Shown: positions 8,499 to 17,920, counted from the first letter of the whole stretch. The stretch is 63,124 nt of DNA, filler included, from Candidatus Woesearchaeota archaeon (GCA_002685855.1; 7 parts of 7 records of this genome joined end to end with filler, not necessarily neighbours in it), one strand, 5' to 3'. A program made the numbers and translations. Notes: generated from the letters alone by a model not told the origin.

Positions 8499-9524
8499 TC
8501 ATTCTTTTTCAAGAAACCAGTCTGTAAATTTGATTTCTTTGAGTTTTCCGTCTGTTTCTACTTGGATTATCTTTTTTTGCTCTAATCGTTGGAAAATACG
8601 GATAAGGGTTGTTTTGGGGATGCGAGTGGCCTTCCTTATCTTGCCCTGGGTACTTATTCCGTCCTGTTCCTGGAGGTATTCTACGACTTGGAGTTCGCGT
8701 TCTGAGAGGGTTTTTTTGAGGTCTTCCTGCCGGGAGGGTCTTTGTGGTGTGGTGGAAATTTCTGGTTTTGAGGCTTCATCTCCATGTGATTTTGCCAGAT
8801 AGAGGCTGAACACGATGAGGATGAGGAATGCGATCATGCCAAAGAAGTTGAACCAGTTAAATGCGATAAAACCTTTATCAAGGATTAATTCTATGTTTTC
8901 AAGGCCTCCTTGTTGAACTTCTACATCGATATAGCCCACTCTGTCATTTGCCAGGGCGCTTATTCTGCAGCTTCCAATAGCTAGGTAGTGGAGGGAGAAG
9001 AGTCCATAGGCGTCTGCTACGATCTCTTCTGTATTCCCATAGTCTCCGCTGCATTCTACATTAATTGTGGATTCAGGATAGACGTTTCCTGTTTTATCAT
9101 GGACAATACCGCGTATTGAACCAACAGGAAGGAGAAATACCGTGTCTTGGAGCAGGTCGTTTCGGCTTTGGATGGAGAGTGTGTGGGAGCCGTAGAAGTC
9201 TGTTCCTGATGTTGTTATGAGATCGCCTCTGAGCTCTATTTGGTGGTTTCCCGGGTCTAGATCGAGTTTGAGTATTCCTTTTTCGTCGACATAGATTAGA
9301 TTAGAGTTTTCTGAACCTTGTTCTGATACGAGGATATGAATGTCTGAAACAGGATCTTTTGTGATGAAGTCTTTGAGTGTGAGTTCTATTTTTGCTTGTT
9401 CTTGTGGTGTGGGTGTGGGGGGGAGAAGGGGGGTGAGGTCTCCAAAGGTGTCTTCTATTTGGAGTTCTGCTAGAGTAAGAGGAAGGAAGAAGAGGAGGAG
9501 AATAGGAAGGATTAGCTGTTTCAT
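8499..9524 (-). CDS. Membrane-anchored protein with extracellular beta-sandwich domains and a C-terminal winged HTH
   Basis: Signal peptide, one TM helix, then LSERELQVVEYL...TQGKIRKATRIPKTTLIRIFQRLEQKKII. Confidence 0.8.
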   Translation of the reverse strand: MKQLILPILLLFFLPLTLAELQIEDTFGDLTPLLPPTPTPQEQAKIELTLKDFITKDPVSDIHILVSEQGSENSNLIYVDEKGILKLDLDPGNHQIELRGDLITTSGTDFYGSHTLSIQSRNDLLQDTVFLLPVGSIRGIVHDKTGNVYPESTINVECSGDYGNTEEIVADAYGLFSLHYLAIGSCRISALANDRVGYIDVEVQQGGLENIELILDKGFIAFNWFNFFGMIAFLILIVFSLYLAKSHGDEASKPEISTTPQRPSRQEDLKKTLSERELQVVEYLQEQDGISTQGKIRKATRIPKTTLIRIFQRLEQKKIIQVETDGKLKEIKFTDWFLEKE

Positions 9525-9697
9525 AGGAAAATGCACTTCTCAGGGTTTATATAGTTTATTACAACTTGGGTCTAATAACCTGCTGTTCTGCAGTTGTATT
9601 TAATTTTCCAAGGTGTAATGACAGAAAATCTGTTTTGAAAATCGCGTACTACCTTGCAGCTTGCTGCGATGGGGGCAGCGATTTTAGGATTTTCGCT

Positions 9698-10003
9698 TTA
9701 TTGCTCGTCAAGCGTGTTTTCGAGCCAGGCAGAATATTTTGGATCTATGTCTTTGACAGGGATTGTGAATATGATGGGGAATTCGTAGGAGTGGAGTTTT
9801 TTTATCTCTTTCATGACGTTCTCTTTCTGGTTGGTTTTGCAGAGGAGGACTGTTTCCTTTTCATCGTGGATCTTTCCTTTCCAGCGGTAGAGGGAGCGGG
9901 AGGGGAGAATGTTTGCACAGCCGATGAGCTTTTGTTCCAGAAGTGTTTTTGCTATGGTTGCTGCTTCTTTTTCTGAGCTGCAGGTGGTGTAGACGAGGTT
10001 CAT
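9698..10003 (-). CDS. cutA: Divalent-cation tolerance protein CutA
   Basis: LIGCANI, SLYRWKGKI and LHSYEFP; ATGA overlap with the pta stop. Confidence 0.9.
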   Translation of the reverse strand: MNLVYTTCSSEKEAATIAKTLLEQKLIGCANILPSRSLYRWKGKIHDEKETVLLCKTNQKENVMKEIKKLHSYEFPIIFTIPVKDIDPKYSAWLENTLDEQ

Positions 10004-10941
10004 TTTGCGAGAAGTGCTGTGATGACTGCTACGTCGATAATATCTTCGACAGAGCATCCTCTGCTGAGGTCGTTTACGGGTTTAGTGAGCCCTTGGACAA
10101 TCGGGCCTATGGCCTGATAGTTTCCGAGGCGTTGTGCGATCTTATAACCTATGTTTCCTGCGTCTAGGGTGGGAAAGATGAAGATGTTTGCTTTTCCTTT
10201 TACCGGGCTTTTGGGTGCTTTCATCTTTGCTATTGAAGGAAGGTAGGCTGCGTCGAACTGGAGTTCGCCGTCTATGAGGATTGTTTTCCCTTTTTTTTGT
10301 GCGATTTTTACTGCTTCTCTTACTTTATCAACTGATGGATGTTTGGCGCTTTGATAGGTGCTGAAGGAGAGGAAGGCAACTTTTGGGGATATGCCAAAGT
10401 TTTTTGCAGAACGGGCTGTGGTTAGTGCGATTTCTGCAAGCTCTTCAGGATTTGGGTCTACATTGAGGGCGCAGTCTGCAAAGAGGAGGACTTCTTTTTC
10501 TTTGATCATGAAGAAGAAGGAGGATGCTGTTTTTGTTCCTTTCTCGGTTTTCAGGATCTGGAGAGCAGGTCGTAAGGTGTCTGCTGTTGGGTGTTTGGCT
10601 CCAGATAGGAGTCCGTCTGCTTCTCCTTGGCTGAGTGCCATTATTCCAAATACAATCGGGTCTTTGAGCCATTCTTTTGCTTGTTGGAGGGTGAGACCCT
10701 TTTTTTTTCTGATTTTGACAAGCTCGTTTGCGTAGAGGGAGAGGGAAGGATGATTGTCTATTACAAGTATGGGATGTGGGAATTTTTTTTTGGGTTCTTT
10801 CGGGAAAACCAGAACAGGAGTGAGTAGGGATTCTTTTGAAAGGGTATGTGCAGCTTTGAGGATGCGTGGATCGTCGTATTCTGGAAAGAGGATTGTTTTT
10901 TTCTTTGTTGCGGCTTTTTTTTTAAGTGTGTTGATAAACAT
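10000..10941 (-). CDS. pta: Phosphate acetyltransferase
   Basis: DGELQFDAA, AGNIGYK and PVNDLSRGCS motifs. Confidence 0.93.
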   Translation of the reverse strand: MFINTLKKKAATKKKTILFPEYDDPRILKAAHTLSKESLLTPVLVFPKEPKKKFPHPILVIDNHPSLSLYANELVKIRKKKGLTLQQAKEWLKDPIVFGIMALSQGEADGLLSGAKHPTADTLRPALQILKTEKGTKTASSFFFMIKEKEVLLFADCALNVDPNPEELAEIALTTARSAKNFGISPKVAFLSFSTYQSAKHPSVDKVREAVKIAQKKGKTILIDGELQFDAAYLPSIAKMKAPKSPVKGKANIFIFPTLDAGNIGYKIAQRLGNYQAIGPIVQGLTKPVNDLSRGCSVEDIIDVAVITALLAK

Positions 10942-10942
10942 T

Positions 10943-11689
10943 TTATTTTATCCTTTCTTCAAGGTCATCAAAGACCGAGAGGATGGTGTCTAGTTGGGGA
11001 TCAAGTTCTTCAGGGTAGTAGATGGAGAAGCTTGCTTCGTTTCCTCCTACATTGATGTAGAGCCAGGTTGTGGGGAAGTTGGTTGGGCAGTCATCTTCAC
11101 ATTGCCAGTTTCTTGGAAGGTCGAATATTTCTGGATCCTGGATGGAGGTGTTTATGCGTGTGAGTTCGTCTTCTAGAAGGGCTCGTTGTGTTGTTTCGGG
11201 TTTACCTGAAAGTCTTCCTGGAAAATAGTTTCGTATGGCTATTCCATCTGATTTTATTGTGAGGATGACTTTTTCGTCAGTCCCTCTCTTCTCTATGGTT
11301 CGTTTGGCTACAAAGGTGTGATTTTTTTCTGGTTCAACATATTGGCATTTGTTTTCTTTACAGAGTAATACTCTGTCTCTTCGGCAGCTGCATTGTACGT
11401 CTAGATCGACGAATTCTTCCTGATATTCCTTGTTTCCGTAGAAGCAGCGTCCTGTTTCTGGATCCTGTCCTCCGCAGACGCAGTCCAGATCTGTCTCGCA
11501 GAGGTATTTGTCTTCTGTTTCTGTTAGTGTTTCTTCAGGTGGAACCGCGCTTTCTTCTGGTAAAAGGGGTTCTTGGACTTCATCGCTTCCTGAAAAATTG
11601 GTTCCAAGGGCCCAGTCTATTGATTTTAGGGCTATGCAGCCTGTAAGGAGTAGGGAAGATACGAGTATAAGGAGTGTCAGATATTTCAT
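10943..11689 (-). CDS. Cys-rich lipoprotein, function unknown
   Basis: LLTGC lipobox; CETDLDCVCGG Cys cluster. Confidence 0.65.
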   Translation of the reverse strand: MKYLTLLILVSSLLLTGCIALKSIDWALGTNFSGSDEVQEPLLPEESAVPPEETLTETEDKYLCETDLDCVCGGQDPETGRCFYGNKEYQEEFVDLDVQCSCRRDRVLLCKENKCQYVEPEKNHTFVAKRTIEKRGTDEKVILTIKSDGIAIRNYFPGRLSGKPETTQRALLEDELTRINTSIQDPEIFDLPRNWQCEDDCPTNFPTTWLYINVGGNEASFSIYYPEELDPQLDTILSVFDDLEERIK

Positions 11690-11738
11690 ATCTCTCTACT
11701 TATTCTGAAGAAGAATAAAAATCTATCGGTGTAGGCAG

Positions 11739-11936
11739 CTAGTTCTTTTTGAATACTGCTGCTTCGTCAAGAAGGTCTACATGACCTAGGAATACTGCTC
11801 TACAACAGTAGCGTTTAAGTCCAAGACCGTCCATGACCTCTTTTTTTGCTTCTCCTCTGACTACTGCTTCGAGGTATTCTTCATAGAGGTGTCCAATAGG
11901 TTTTCCGCAACTCATGCATCTCACAGGGATTATCAT
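11739..11936 (-). CDS. rpoN: RNA polymerase subunit N (Rpo10)
   Basis: MIIPVRCMSCGK...RYCCR. Confidence 0.97.
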   Translation of the reverse strand: MIIPVRCMSCGKPIGHLYEEYLEAVVRGEAKKEVMDGLGLKRYCCRAVFLGHVDLLDEAAVFKKN

Positions 11937-11953
11937 TTTTTTTCGGCCTCGTC

Positions 11954-12358
11954 TTATCTATAACTTTTTTGCCTCTTTGATCTCGCACTTCCTTGGGTGT
12001 TGGGTTTTTTTGCTTCTTTTCTTCTTACATCTGCTACAAGGAGTTGTCTGTCATAGTTGAGGAATGTTGATTTTAATTTGGGTGTGTGTTGGATGAGTGC
12101 ACGTGCTATTGCTAGTCGGGCCGCATCTGTTTGGCTGCTTATGCCTCCGCCATGCACATTGATTGAGATGTCGATTTTGGTTGTTATCTCTTTGCCTGCG
12201 AGTATGAGGGGTTCTTCGAGTCGAAGTCGTGCCATTCTTGGTGTGTAGTTTTTGATGTGTGTGGAATTGATAAAGACATTTCCTTCTCCGGGTTTGATTG
12301 TTACTCGTGCGATTGCTGTTTTTCTCTTTCCACTTGTATGTATTGGTCCTTTCTTCAT
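11954..12358 (-). CDS. rps9: 30S ribosomal protein S9 (uS9)
   Basis: GKRKTAIAR, GGGISSQ and ARSKRQKSYR. Confidence 0.97.
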   Translation of the reverse strand: MKKGPIHTSGKRKTAIARVTIKPGEGNVFINSTHIKNYTPRMARLRLEEPLILAGKEITTKIDISINVHGGGISSQTDAARLAIARALIQHTPKLKSTFLNYDRQLLVADVRRKEAKKPNTQGSARSKRQKSYR

Positions 12359-12771
12359 GCTGTACCACCTAAAAATTCGCATATTTCTTTTACTGTTGTA
12401 AAGTTTGTATTTGGAAGTTTGGTATTATCTGCAATGGTAAGCGAGGCAACTTCTTTTCCTTCGAACTCTTTGGGTAGATCCACATAGCAAAGGACTCTTT
12501 TAAAAGCTTCTCTTCCTTTGGGTTGTTTATAGGGAAGCATTCCGCGTATTGCTCTTCGAACAAATCTATCTGACATTCTTGGGATAAATGGTCCTTTTGT
12601 TGGTATTCCTCTTTCGCTTCTTTTTTTGTATTTTCCAAGGATGTCTGATCTGTTTCCGGTAATTATTGCTTTATCACAATGTATGATTTTTACTTCTTCT
12701 CCTAAGAGCGCTTGTTTAGCAACCTGGGTTGCAAGTCTTCCTAGGATCTTGTTTGTTGCGTCTATAATCAT
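12355..12771 (-). CDS. rpl13: 50S ribosomal protein L13 (uL13)
   Basis: IDATNKILGRLA and IRGMLPYK. Confidence 0.97.
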   Translation of the reverse strand: MIIDATNKILGRLATQVAKQALLGEEVKIIHCDKAIITGNRSDILGKYKKRSERGIPTKGPFIPRMSDRFVRRAIRGMLPYKQPKGREAFKRVLCYVDLPKEFEGKEVASLTIADNTKLPNTNFTTVKEICEFLGGTA

Positions 12772-13124
12772 CCGAGCACCCTCACATTTTTTCCTTGGGG
12801 ATTTTTTTTCATGAGTTCATTGATCGATATTGCTTCTCCTACTTGTTTGATTTTTTCATAGGCTTCATCGCTGAAGTTGAAGGCTGCAATTGTGAGTTTC
12901 TTTTTTACTTCTCCGACACCAAGGACTTTTCCTGGGACAACAACGATTTCATTGTCGCGGGCGTACTGCTCTATTTTATAGAGGTTGACTATTCTTCTTT
13001 GTCTGGTTGGTTTGGAGAGGTCGTTTGCTAATCGTTTCCAGAGAGGTACATTCTCCTGATTACTTAACACGTTCAACTCCAAAATCAGCGCTTGGAGCTG
13101 GTTGTTTTTGTGAATTTTTTTCAT
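12768..13124 (-). CDS. rpl18e: 50S ribosomal protein L18e
   Basis: VNLYKI and VVPGKVLG; conserved operon position. Confidence 0.95.
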   Translation of the reverse strand: MKKIHKNNQLQALILELNVLSNQENVPLWKRLANDLSKPTRQRRIVNLYKIEQYARDNEIVVVPGKVLGVGEVKKKLTIAAFNFSDEAYEKIKQVGEAISINELMKKNPQGKNVRVLG

Positions 13125-13134
13125 AGTAGTATGA

Positions 13135-13252
13135 TGCGAGGGACGTGATTCGAACACGCGCACCCACTAAGGGACAAGGCCCTCAACCTTGCGCATATGG
13201 TCTAAAGCGCAGTTTTAAACTGCCTTTAGTTGGCCAGCTCTGCCACCTCCGC
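13135..13252 (-). tRNA. tRNA-Leu(GAG) with an intron of about 33 nt in the D-loop region
   Basis: GCGGAGG-TG-GCAGAGCTGGCCAA-[insert]-ATGCG-CAAGG TT GAG GG CCTTG, long variable arm, GCGTG TTCGAAT CACGT-CCCTCGC-A. It sits at the conserved position between rpoD and rpl18e. Confidence 0.85.
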
Positions 13253-13280
13253 AGTATAGAGAGCAAAGCGAACAATGAAT

Positions 13281-14078
13281 TTATTTAGCCGCCTTCAAAG
13301 CCTCAACAAACTCATCAAGGTCCTCCTTAAAAATATCCAGCGCTTCATTGATTATTTCTTTAACAGGCAGCTGTCCCCAGCTCTCTAAATAAAATATGAT
13401 TTCATTCTCATCTTCCTTTAACTTAACACCATCGCTAAGCTCCTGACAGGCTCCGCAAAGATGGCATTTATGGAGGTCAGCCTCATTAACCTTCAGCTTA
13501 TTATTCTCCACCTTAAAAACATCAACCGGGCAGCTCTCCTTAACCTTATTCGCATCCTTTACAAGGCTTTGGTTAATCTCAATAATAGGTTTATACTTGT
13601 AATAAGCCAGGCCAGGCGACCATTTTGTATGCACTTTGCCCTTACCAAGCATAGCTGTTGCCATTAACTCCATATCCTGCTTCTTCAACAGCTTTACAAT
13701 AGGCGTTTTAGAGTACACAGGCTTTATCTTTGGATCCTTTGACTTGAACTCCCCTGCAACCAATGTGCATGGCCCTTTGCTCTTAAGGGTAAGCTTCACT
13801 GTGCACCTTGCACATCCTGCGCCCTTGCACTTGCATTTTTCCGGCAAAAAATAAGACTTTAGGTCAGTGGTCAAAGGCATCAAGCCAAGCCTGTGCGCAA
13901 TAATCTCATCATATAATATAGACGAATTCTGCACAAACTCCACTGTCTCTATAGCCATAGTTGGAACTTCATTGATAATATACCTTCTAATCATATTTGC
14001 AGTCTCTGGGGGAATACTTTTCAAAATAAAAGAAGCCTTGTTCTTATCCTTGCTTTTTTCCAATAATTTTACTTGCAT
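13281..14078 (-). CDS. rpoD: RNA polymerase subunit D (Rpo3) with a ferredoxin-like insert
   Basis: EVPTMAI, EIIAHRLGLMP and CPVDVF...CHLCGAC. Confidence 0.96.
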   Translation of the reverse strand: MQVKLLEKSKDKNKASFILKSIPPETANMIRRYIINEVPTMAIETVEFVQNSSILYDEIIAHRLGLMPLTTDLKSYFLPEKCKCKGAGCARCTVKLTLKSKGPCTLVAGEFKSKDPKIKPVYSKTPIVKLLKKQDMELMATAMLGKGKVHTKWSPGLAYYKYKPIIEINQSLVKDANKVKESCPVDVFKVENNKLKVNEADLHKCHLCGACQELSDGVKLKEDENEIIFYLESWGQLPVKEIINEALDIFKEDLDEFVEALKAAK

Positions 14079-14083
14079 TTTAG

Positions 14084-14183
14084 NNNNNNNNNNNNNNNNN
14101 NNNNNNNNNNNNNNNNNNNNNNNNNNNTTAATTAATTAANNNNNNNNNNNNNNNNNNNNNNNNNNNNNNNNNNNNNNNNNNNN
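14084..14183. other. Artificial contig linker
   Basis: N-run, TTAATTAATTAA (stops in all frames), N-run; exactly 100 nt. Confidence 0.97.
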
Positions 14184-14185
14184 AG

Positions 14186-14635
14186 ATAAAAAAACTACCC
14201 TGGGAGGATGAAAAAGAGCCAAAGGCTGTTAAAACTATCTTTGGATTTGATGATTCCCTAAAAAACTTAAAATCAACAAAGGCAAATGCAAAGATCGCAG
14301 GAGTTGATGCAAGCATCCAGGTTTCAAAGTTGCAGGTTGACTGGCTGGAAACAAAGTTTGAAAAGGCCTCTGTAGACCGTATTGTGACCCAGCCTCCACA
14401 ATTTACTAAGTATGCAAACAAAAAAGATGTTTCCAAAGTCTTGGATGAATTCTTTTATCAGGCAGAGTTTGTTCTGAAAAAGAACGGAAAATTGGTCTGT
14501 GTTCTTCACACACCCGATCAGATTATTGAAAAAGCCAAACAGTTCCGGCTTCATCCTGTCTCAACCCTGGAAGTCTATGCAGGAACGCAGCCGCGGACCA
14601 TTATAGTATTTGAAAAGGTTCCTGCTGATAACTAA
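14186..14635 (+). CDS. RNA N2-guanine methyltransferase (Trm14/RlmL-like), C-terminal part only
   Basis: IFGFD...KANAKIAGV...DRIVTQPP class I methyltransferase motifs; open from the contig start. Confidence 0.65.
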   Translation: MKKLPWEDEKEPKAVKTIFGFDDSLKNLKSTKANAKIAGVDASIQVSKLQVDWLETKFEKASVDRIVTQPPQFTKYANKKDVSKVLDEFFYQAEFVLKKNGKLVCVLHTPDQIIEKAKQFRLHPVSTLEVYAGTQPRTIIVFEKVPADN

Positions 14636-14653
14636 TAGAACTAGAGTTGAAGT

Positions 14654-15133
14654 TTATTCAGATGCGTCAGGATTCCTTTTTAGCGAATCCCTTATGCTCT
14701 CTGTGTTTTCTTCAGTGAGTTTTTGAATCACTTCTTTTATTTTTAAAACATAGTCCACCAGTGCATCGTAGTCAATAGGAACATCCCTATTTTTTAAATA
14801 GTACTGATTATCAATTCGAAGCTGTTTGTCCTCTTCTAAAATAGTTGAGTAACCTTCAGGAATCAGGCCCTCTTTTTCTAGAAACTTGCTAACCTCTATA
14901 GTACATTCATGGATTTCACATTTTATGCCAAGCTTCATCAATAAAGCATAGATAGAAAAATATTCACAATAATATTTTGTAGTCGCGAGCCAGACCTTTG
15001 ATTTTCCTTCAATTGTTTTTAAGACCTCCAAGGTTTCTTCTGCTGTCCGCACATATTCATTTGCAAGATTTTCATTTATTTCGATCAAACGTATTCCTTT
15101 CTTCTGTTTCTGACACCAATTGATTGTTACCAT
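14654..15133 (-). CDS. HEPN-domain protein (toxin-like)
   Basis: WLATTKYYCEYFSIYALL...EIHECT...RIDNQYY; coupled to the upstream MNT gene. Confidence 0.75.
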   Translation of the reverse strand: MVTINWCQKQKKGIRLIEINENLANEYVRTAEETLEVLKTIEGKSKVWLATTKYYCEYFSIYALLMKLGIKCEIHECTIEVSKFLEKEGLIPEGYSTILEEDKQLRIDNQYYLKNRDVPIDYDALVDYVLKIKEVIQKLTEENTESIRDSLKRNPDASE

Positions 15134-15689
15134 ACAGCCAACATACGAATTTTTCCGATCCTTGTACAATAAGGTGTGTTTTTTCTAATTCTTTTTTTAA
15201 TGTGCGACTTACCGCTTTCAAATTTTGTACTTGAATAAGATGAACTGGTTTGTTGAATTTCTTTCCAAAATGTTCTAACTTCTTTTTTTCAACGTTTCCC
15301 ACCACTAAAAGATCGATATCGTTCGCCTTAATAAAACTTTGGACTGCAGAACCGAAAATACAACAGGCAAAGTCGGAATAATTCTCATGTAGAAAGTGAA
15401 CAAGCTCTTTCACCACAGGACGCTTGTGACATGCTCTTATTAATCTATTTTTTTCCGCAATAACAAGATAGTCTATGAGAAGAGGATGATCTCTGTTAAG
15501 TTTATATAATGATAGTCTTCCTTTGTGTGATTTTTTGAGGAGCCCATCTTTTTCCAGAAGATTTAGATGTTGTCTTACTGTTGGATGCGGCTCTTGTAGC
15601 GCTCTTGAAATGTGAGCCAGGTGTAGCTGCTCATCTGGCGTTGAGAGGAATGGTTCCAACACACCCAGAATCGTTATTTTTTTAACCAT
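15072..15689 (-). CDS. HTH plus minimal nucleotidyltransferase (MNT) antitoxin-like protein
   Basis: N-terminal winged HTH; IFGSAV...NDIDLLVV motif. Confidence 0.8.
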   Translation of the reverse strand: MVKKITILGVLEPFLSTPDEQLHLAHISRALQEPHPTVRQHLNLLEKDGLLKKSHKGRLSLYKLNRDHPLLIDYLVIAEKNRLIRACHKRPVVKELVHFLHENYSDFACCIFGSAVQSFIKANDIDLLVVGNVEKKKLEHFGKKFNKPVHLIQVQNLKAVSRTLKKELEKTHLIVQGSEKFVCWLYGNNQLVSETEERNTFDRNK

Positions 15690-15835
15690 ATCGTTAAAAA
15701 ACAAACAATATTATTTAAATGTTTTTATTTGTCGGGCTTCATTCGATAAGATAACTCGTCACATTTCCTGGGGAAGAGGTGCGAAATCTTTATAAATAAG
15801 TCTTTTTAAAAAAGAATAATAAATAGTGATATCCC

Positions 15836-16090
15836 ATGCAGCAAAACATATCTCCCGAACACTACTTCTATCTCCATAAAGATGGAATACTAAAAAATTA
15901 TGAAGATCTCTTTTCAGCCCTCCAGGACATGGACGAACACGTTTTCAGACATCATGTAAATGAGCACAAAAATGACTTTGCCCTATGGGCGAAAGACGTA
16001 TTTGAGGATGTGGGCTTTGCCCGGAAGCTTGAACGTACAAAAGACCAATCTCAAACCCTGAGAATCGTCTTTACACGGCTTTTCCTGTAG
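15836..16090 (+). CDS. Small DUF5752-like protein
   Basis: PEHYFYL..G...L...F.HHVN..KNDFA.W..DV pattern. Confidence 0.6.
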   Translation: MQQNISPEHYFYLHKDGILKNYEDLFSALQDMDEHVFRHHVNEHKNDFALWAKDVFEDVGFARKLERTKDQSQTLRIVFTRLFL

Positions 16091-16134
16091 CAACCTTTTT
16101 ATACCAGCCCTTCTCCTGATACCCAGGTGGAAGT

Positions 16135-16599
16135 ATGAACTGCGATCTCTGTGGATCTGAAAAGAATCTCGTCAAGGCCATTATCGAAAAAAGCACGATG
16201 ACGGTCTGCGAATCCTGTAGAAAGTATGGAAAGGTTATTGGAAAGCCTGCCGCGCCTCCCACCACCAAAAAAAAGCCTGCTATGACGCGTCCGCCTTCTG
16301 AAAGGCAGATTATTCAGGTGATTCGTCCTGATCTTCCCGCCGTTCTTACAAAAAAACGAACTGAACTTGGATTAAAACAAAAAGATCTTGCTCAAAAGAT
16401 TGCAGAGAAGGAGTCTCTTATTCATAAGATGGAATCAGGCCACTTTGTTCCGAGTCTTTCTCTTGCACGAAAACTTGAGAAATTTCTCCACGTCCGACTG
16501 GTTGAACAGCATGAGGAAGAGGAACAGACAATACGACAACAAAAAGGAACAGGCCTAACAATAGGGGATCTTCTGAAGATGAAAAAGGATGTCAACTAA
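16135..16599 (+). CDS. mbf1: Archaeal multiprotein bridging factor 1 (Zn ribbon plus HTH)
   Basis: CDLCG...CESC, QKDLAQKIAEKESLIHKMESG and TIGDL. Confidence 0.9.
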   Translation: MNCDLCGSEKNLVKAIIEKSTMTVCESCRKYGKVIGKPAAPPTTKKKPAMTRPPSERQIIQVIRPDLPAVLTKKRTELGLKQKDLAQKIAEKESLIHKMESGHFVPSLSLARKLEKFLHVRLVEQHEEEEQTIRQQKGTGLTIGDLLKMKKDVN

Positions 16600-17920
16600 G
16601 AACGTTTATGAACAAAGACTTCTTATTCTTGGTATTACGCTCTTCATAATTGTTTCAATTTATTTTAGTCAGATAGACTCTTCCCTTGTATGGGATGAAG
16701 CAGCATATCTTTCAAATGCGCGCGGGATTATTGGAACCTCGCAGTATAGGGAACCTCTTCGTTTTCCCTTACTTGAATATGTAATTGCGGGCGTATGGAC
16801 GTTCACAGGAGAAAGTATTTTTACAGCAAGAATGCTTGTTTTATTCTTGAGCACGCTTTCTATTCTTATCCTTTATCAAATCGGAAAGAAACTCTGTAAG
16901 GGGTGGGAACTTGCACTTGCATTAAGTTTTGGATTTTCAGAACTTGTTCTCATTTGGGGATTTCGAGTCTATGCTGATCTTGTGAGTATCTTCTTTTTAT
17001 TAGCAGCCTGGTTTTTCTATCTTCAGAAAAAACGGAAATTCTACCTTGTTTCAGGCGTAGCATGTGGAGCTGCCTTTCTTGCCCGTTATCCACTCATTCT
17101 CTTTCCTTTGGCTCTGGGGTTAACATTACTTTTTCAAAAAGAGATAAAAGCAGCGATCCTTCTTAGTACGGGATTTCTTGTGGCACTCCTCCCCTGGATT
17201 CTGCAAACATTCATACTCTACGGAGGGCCATGGAATCTTGTATTCGAGAAGTATGGAATGATTAGCGGATATACCCAACAACAGCCAGCGATGCTCTATC
17301 TTCAATGGGTTGCCTTAGCTCTAGCTGTACTCCTTCCGCTCTTTCTTCTTGGACTTGTAAAATTATTCAAAGAGTGGAAAACACAGCTCTATATTATTCT
17401 ATTTATCTTCTTTACAACCATGTTCCACATGTTTTTTTCAAATCTGAAACTTCCGCGATATGTTCTTCCTATTTTGCCTTTTCTGCTTCTGATTTCTTGT
17501 TGGGGATCTCCTTTGTTTCAAAAGATCGCATCAAAAAAATTTAATCTGATTCCTGGATTTCTTTTCCTGCTTCTCATGATATTCTCTCTTCAATATGCAA
17601 CAGAGTATAGCCAGAACAGAGGCGAGTGTTTTTCCAATTCAAGTTTTCAACAAGCAGTCGATATCATAAATGAACAAAAGGAGGTAAAGGGACACTCCCT
17701 CTATGTTATTAGCGAAGGGCATTGGCCACACATAGGCTATCTGAATAATGTGAAGTCCTATTCTGCCTGGTCAACAGATTATAGTGAGTACACGCTTGCC
17801 TACGGAAGCAATATTCTCTTTGTGTTTAAAGATGCCAAAGAAGATCCGAGACTGGGAACAGTTGCAGAGCTCTACGATAGCTGTGAACATTCCCTCTACA
17901 TCTACGAATATCTAAATTAG
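16589..17920 (+). CDS. GT-C fold (PMT/ArnT-like) membrane glycosyltransferase
   Basis: WDEAAY after TM1, R.PL, multiple TMs, PRYVLP. Confidence 0.8.
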   Translation: MSTKNVYEQRLLILGITLFIIVSIYFSQIDSSLVWDEAAYLSNARGIIGTSQYREPLRFPLLEYVIAGVWTFTGESIFTARMLVLFLSTLSILILYQIGKKLCKGWELALALSFGFSELVLIWGFRVYADLVSIFFLLAAWFFYLQKKRKFYLVSGVACGAAFLARYPLILFPLALGLTLLFQKEIKAAILLSTGFLVALLPWILQTFILYGGPWNLVFEKYGMISGYTQQQPAMLYLQWVALALAVLLPLFLLGLVKLFKEWKTQLYIILFIFFTTMFHMFFSNLKLPRYVLPILPFLLLISCWGSPLFQKIASKKFNLIPGFLFLLLMIFSLQYATEYSQNRGECFSNSSFQQAVDIINEQKEVKGHSLYVISEGHWPHIGYLNNVKSYSAWSTDYSEYTLAYGSNILFVFKDAKEDPRLGTVAELYDSCEHSLYIYEYLN

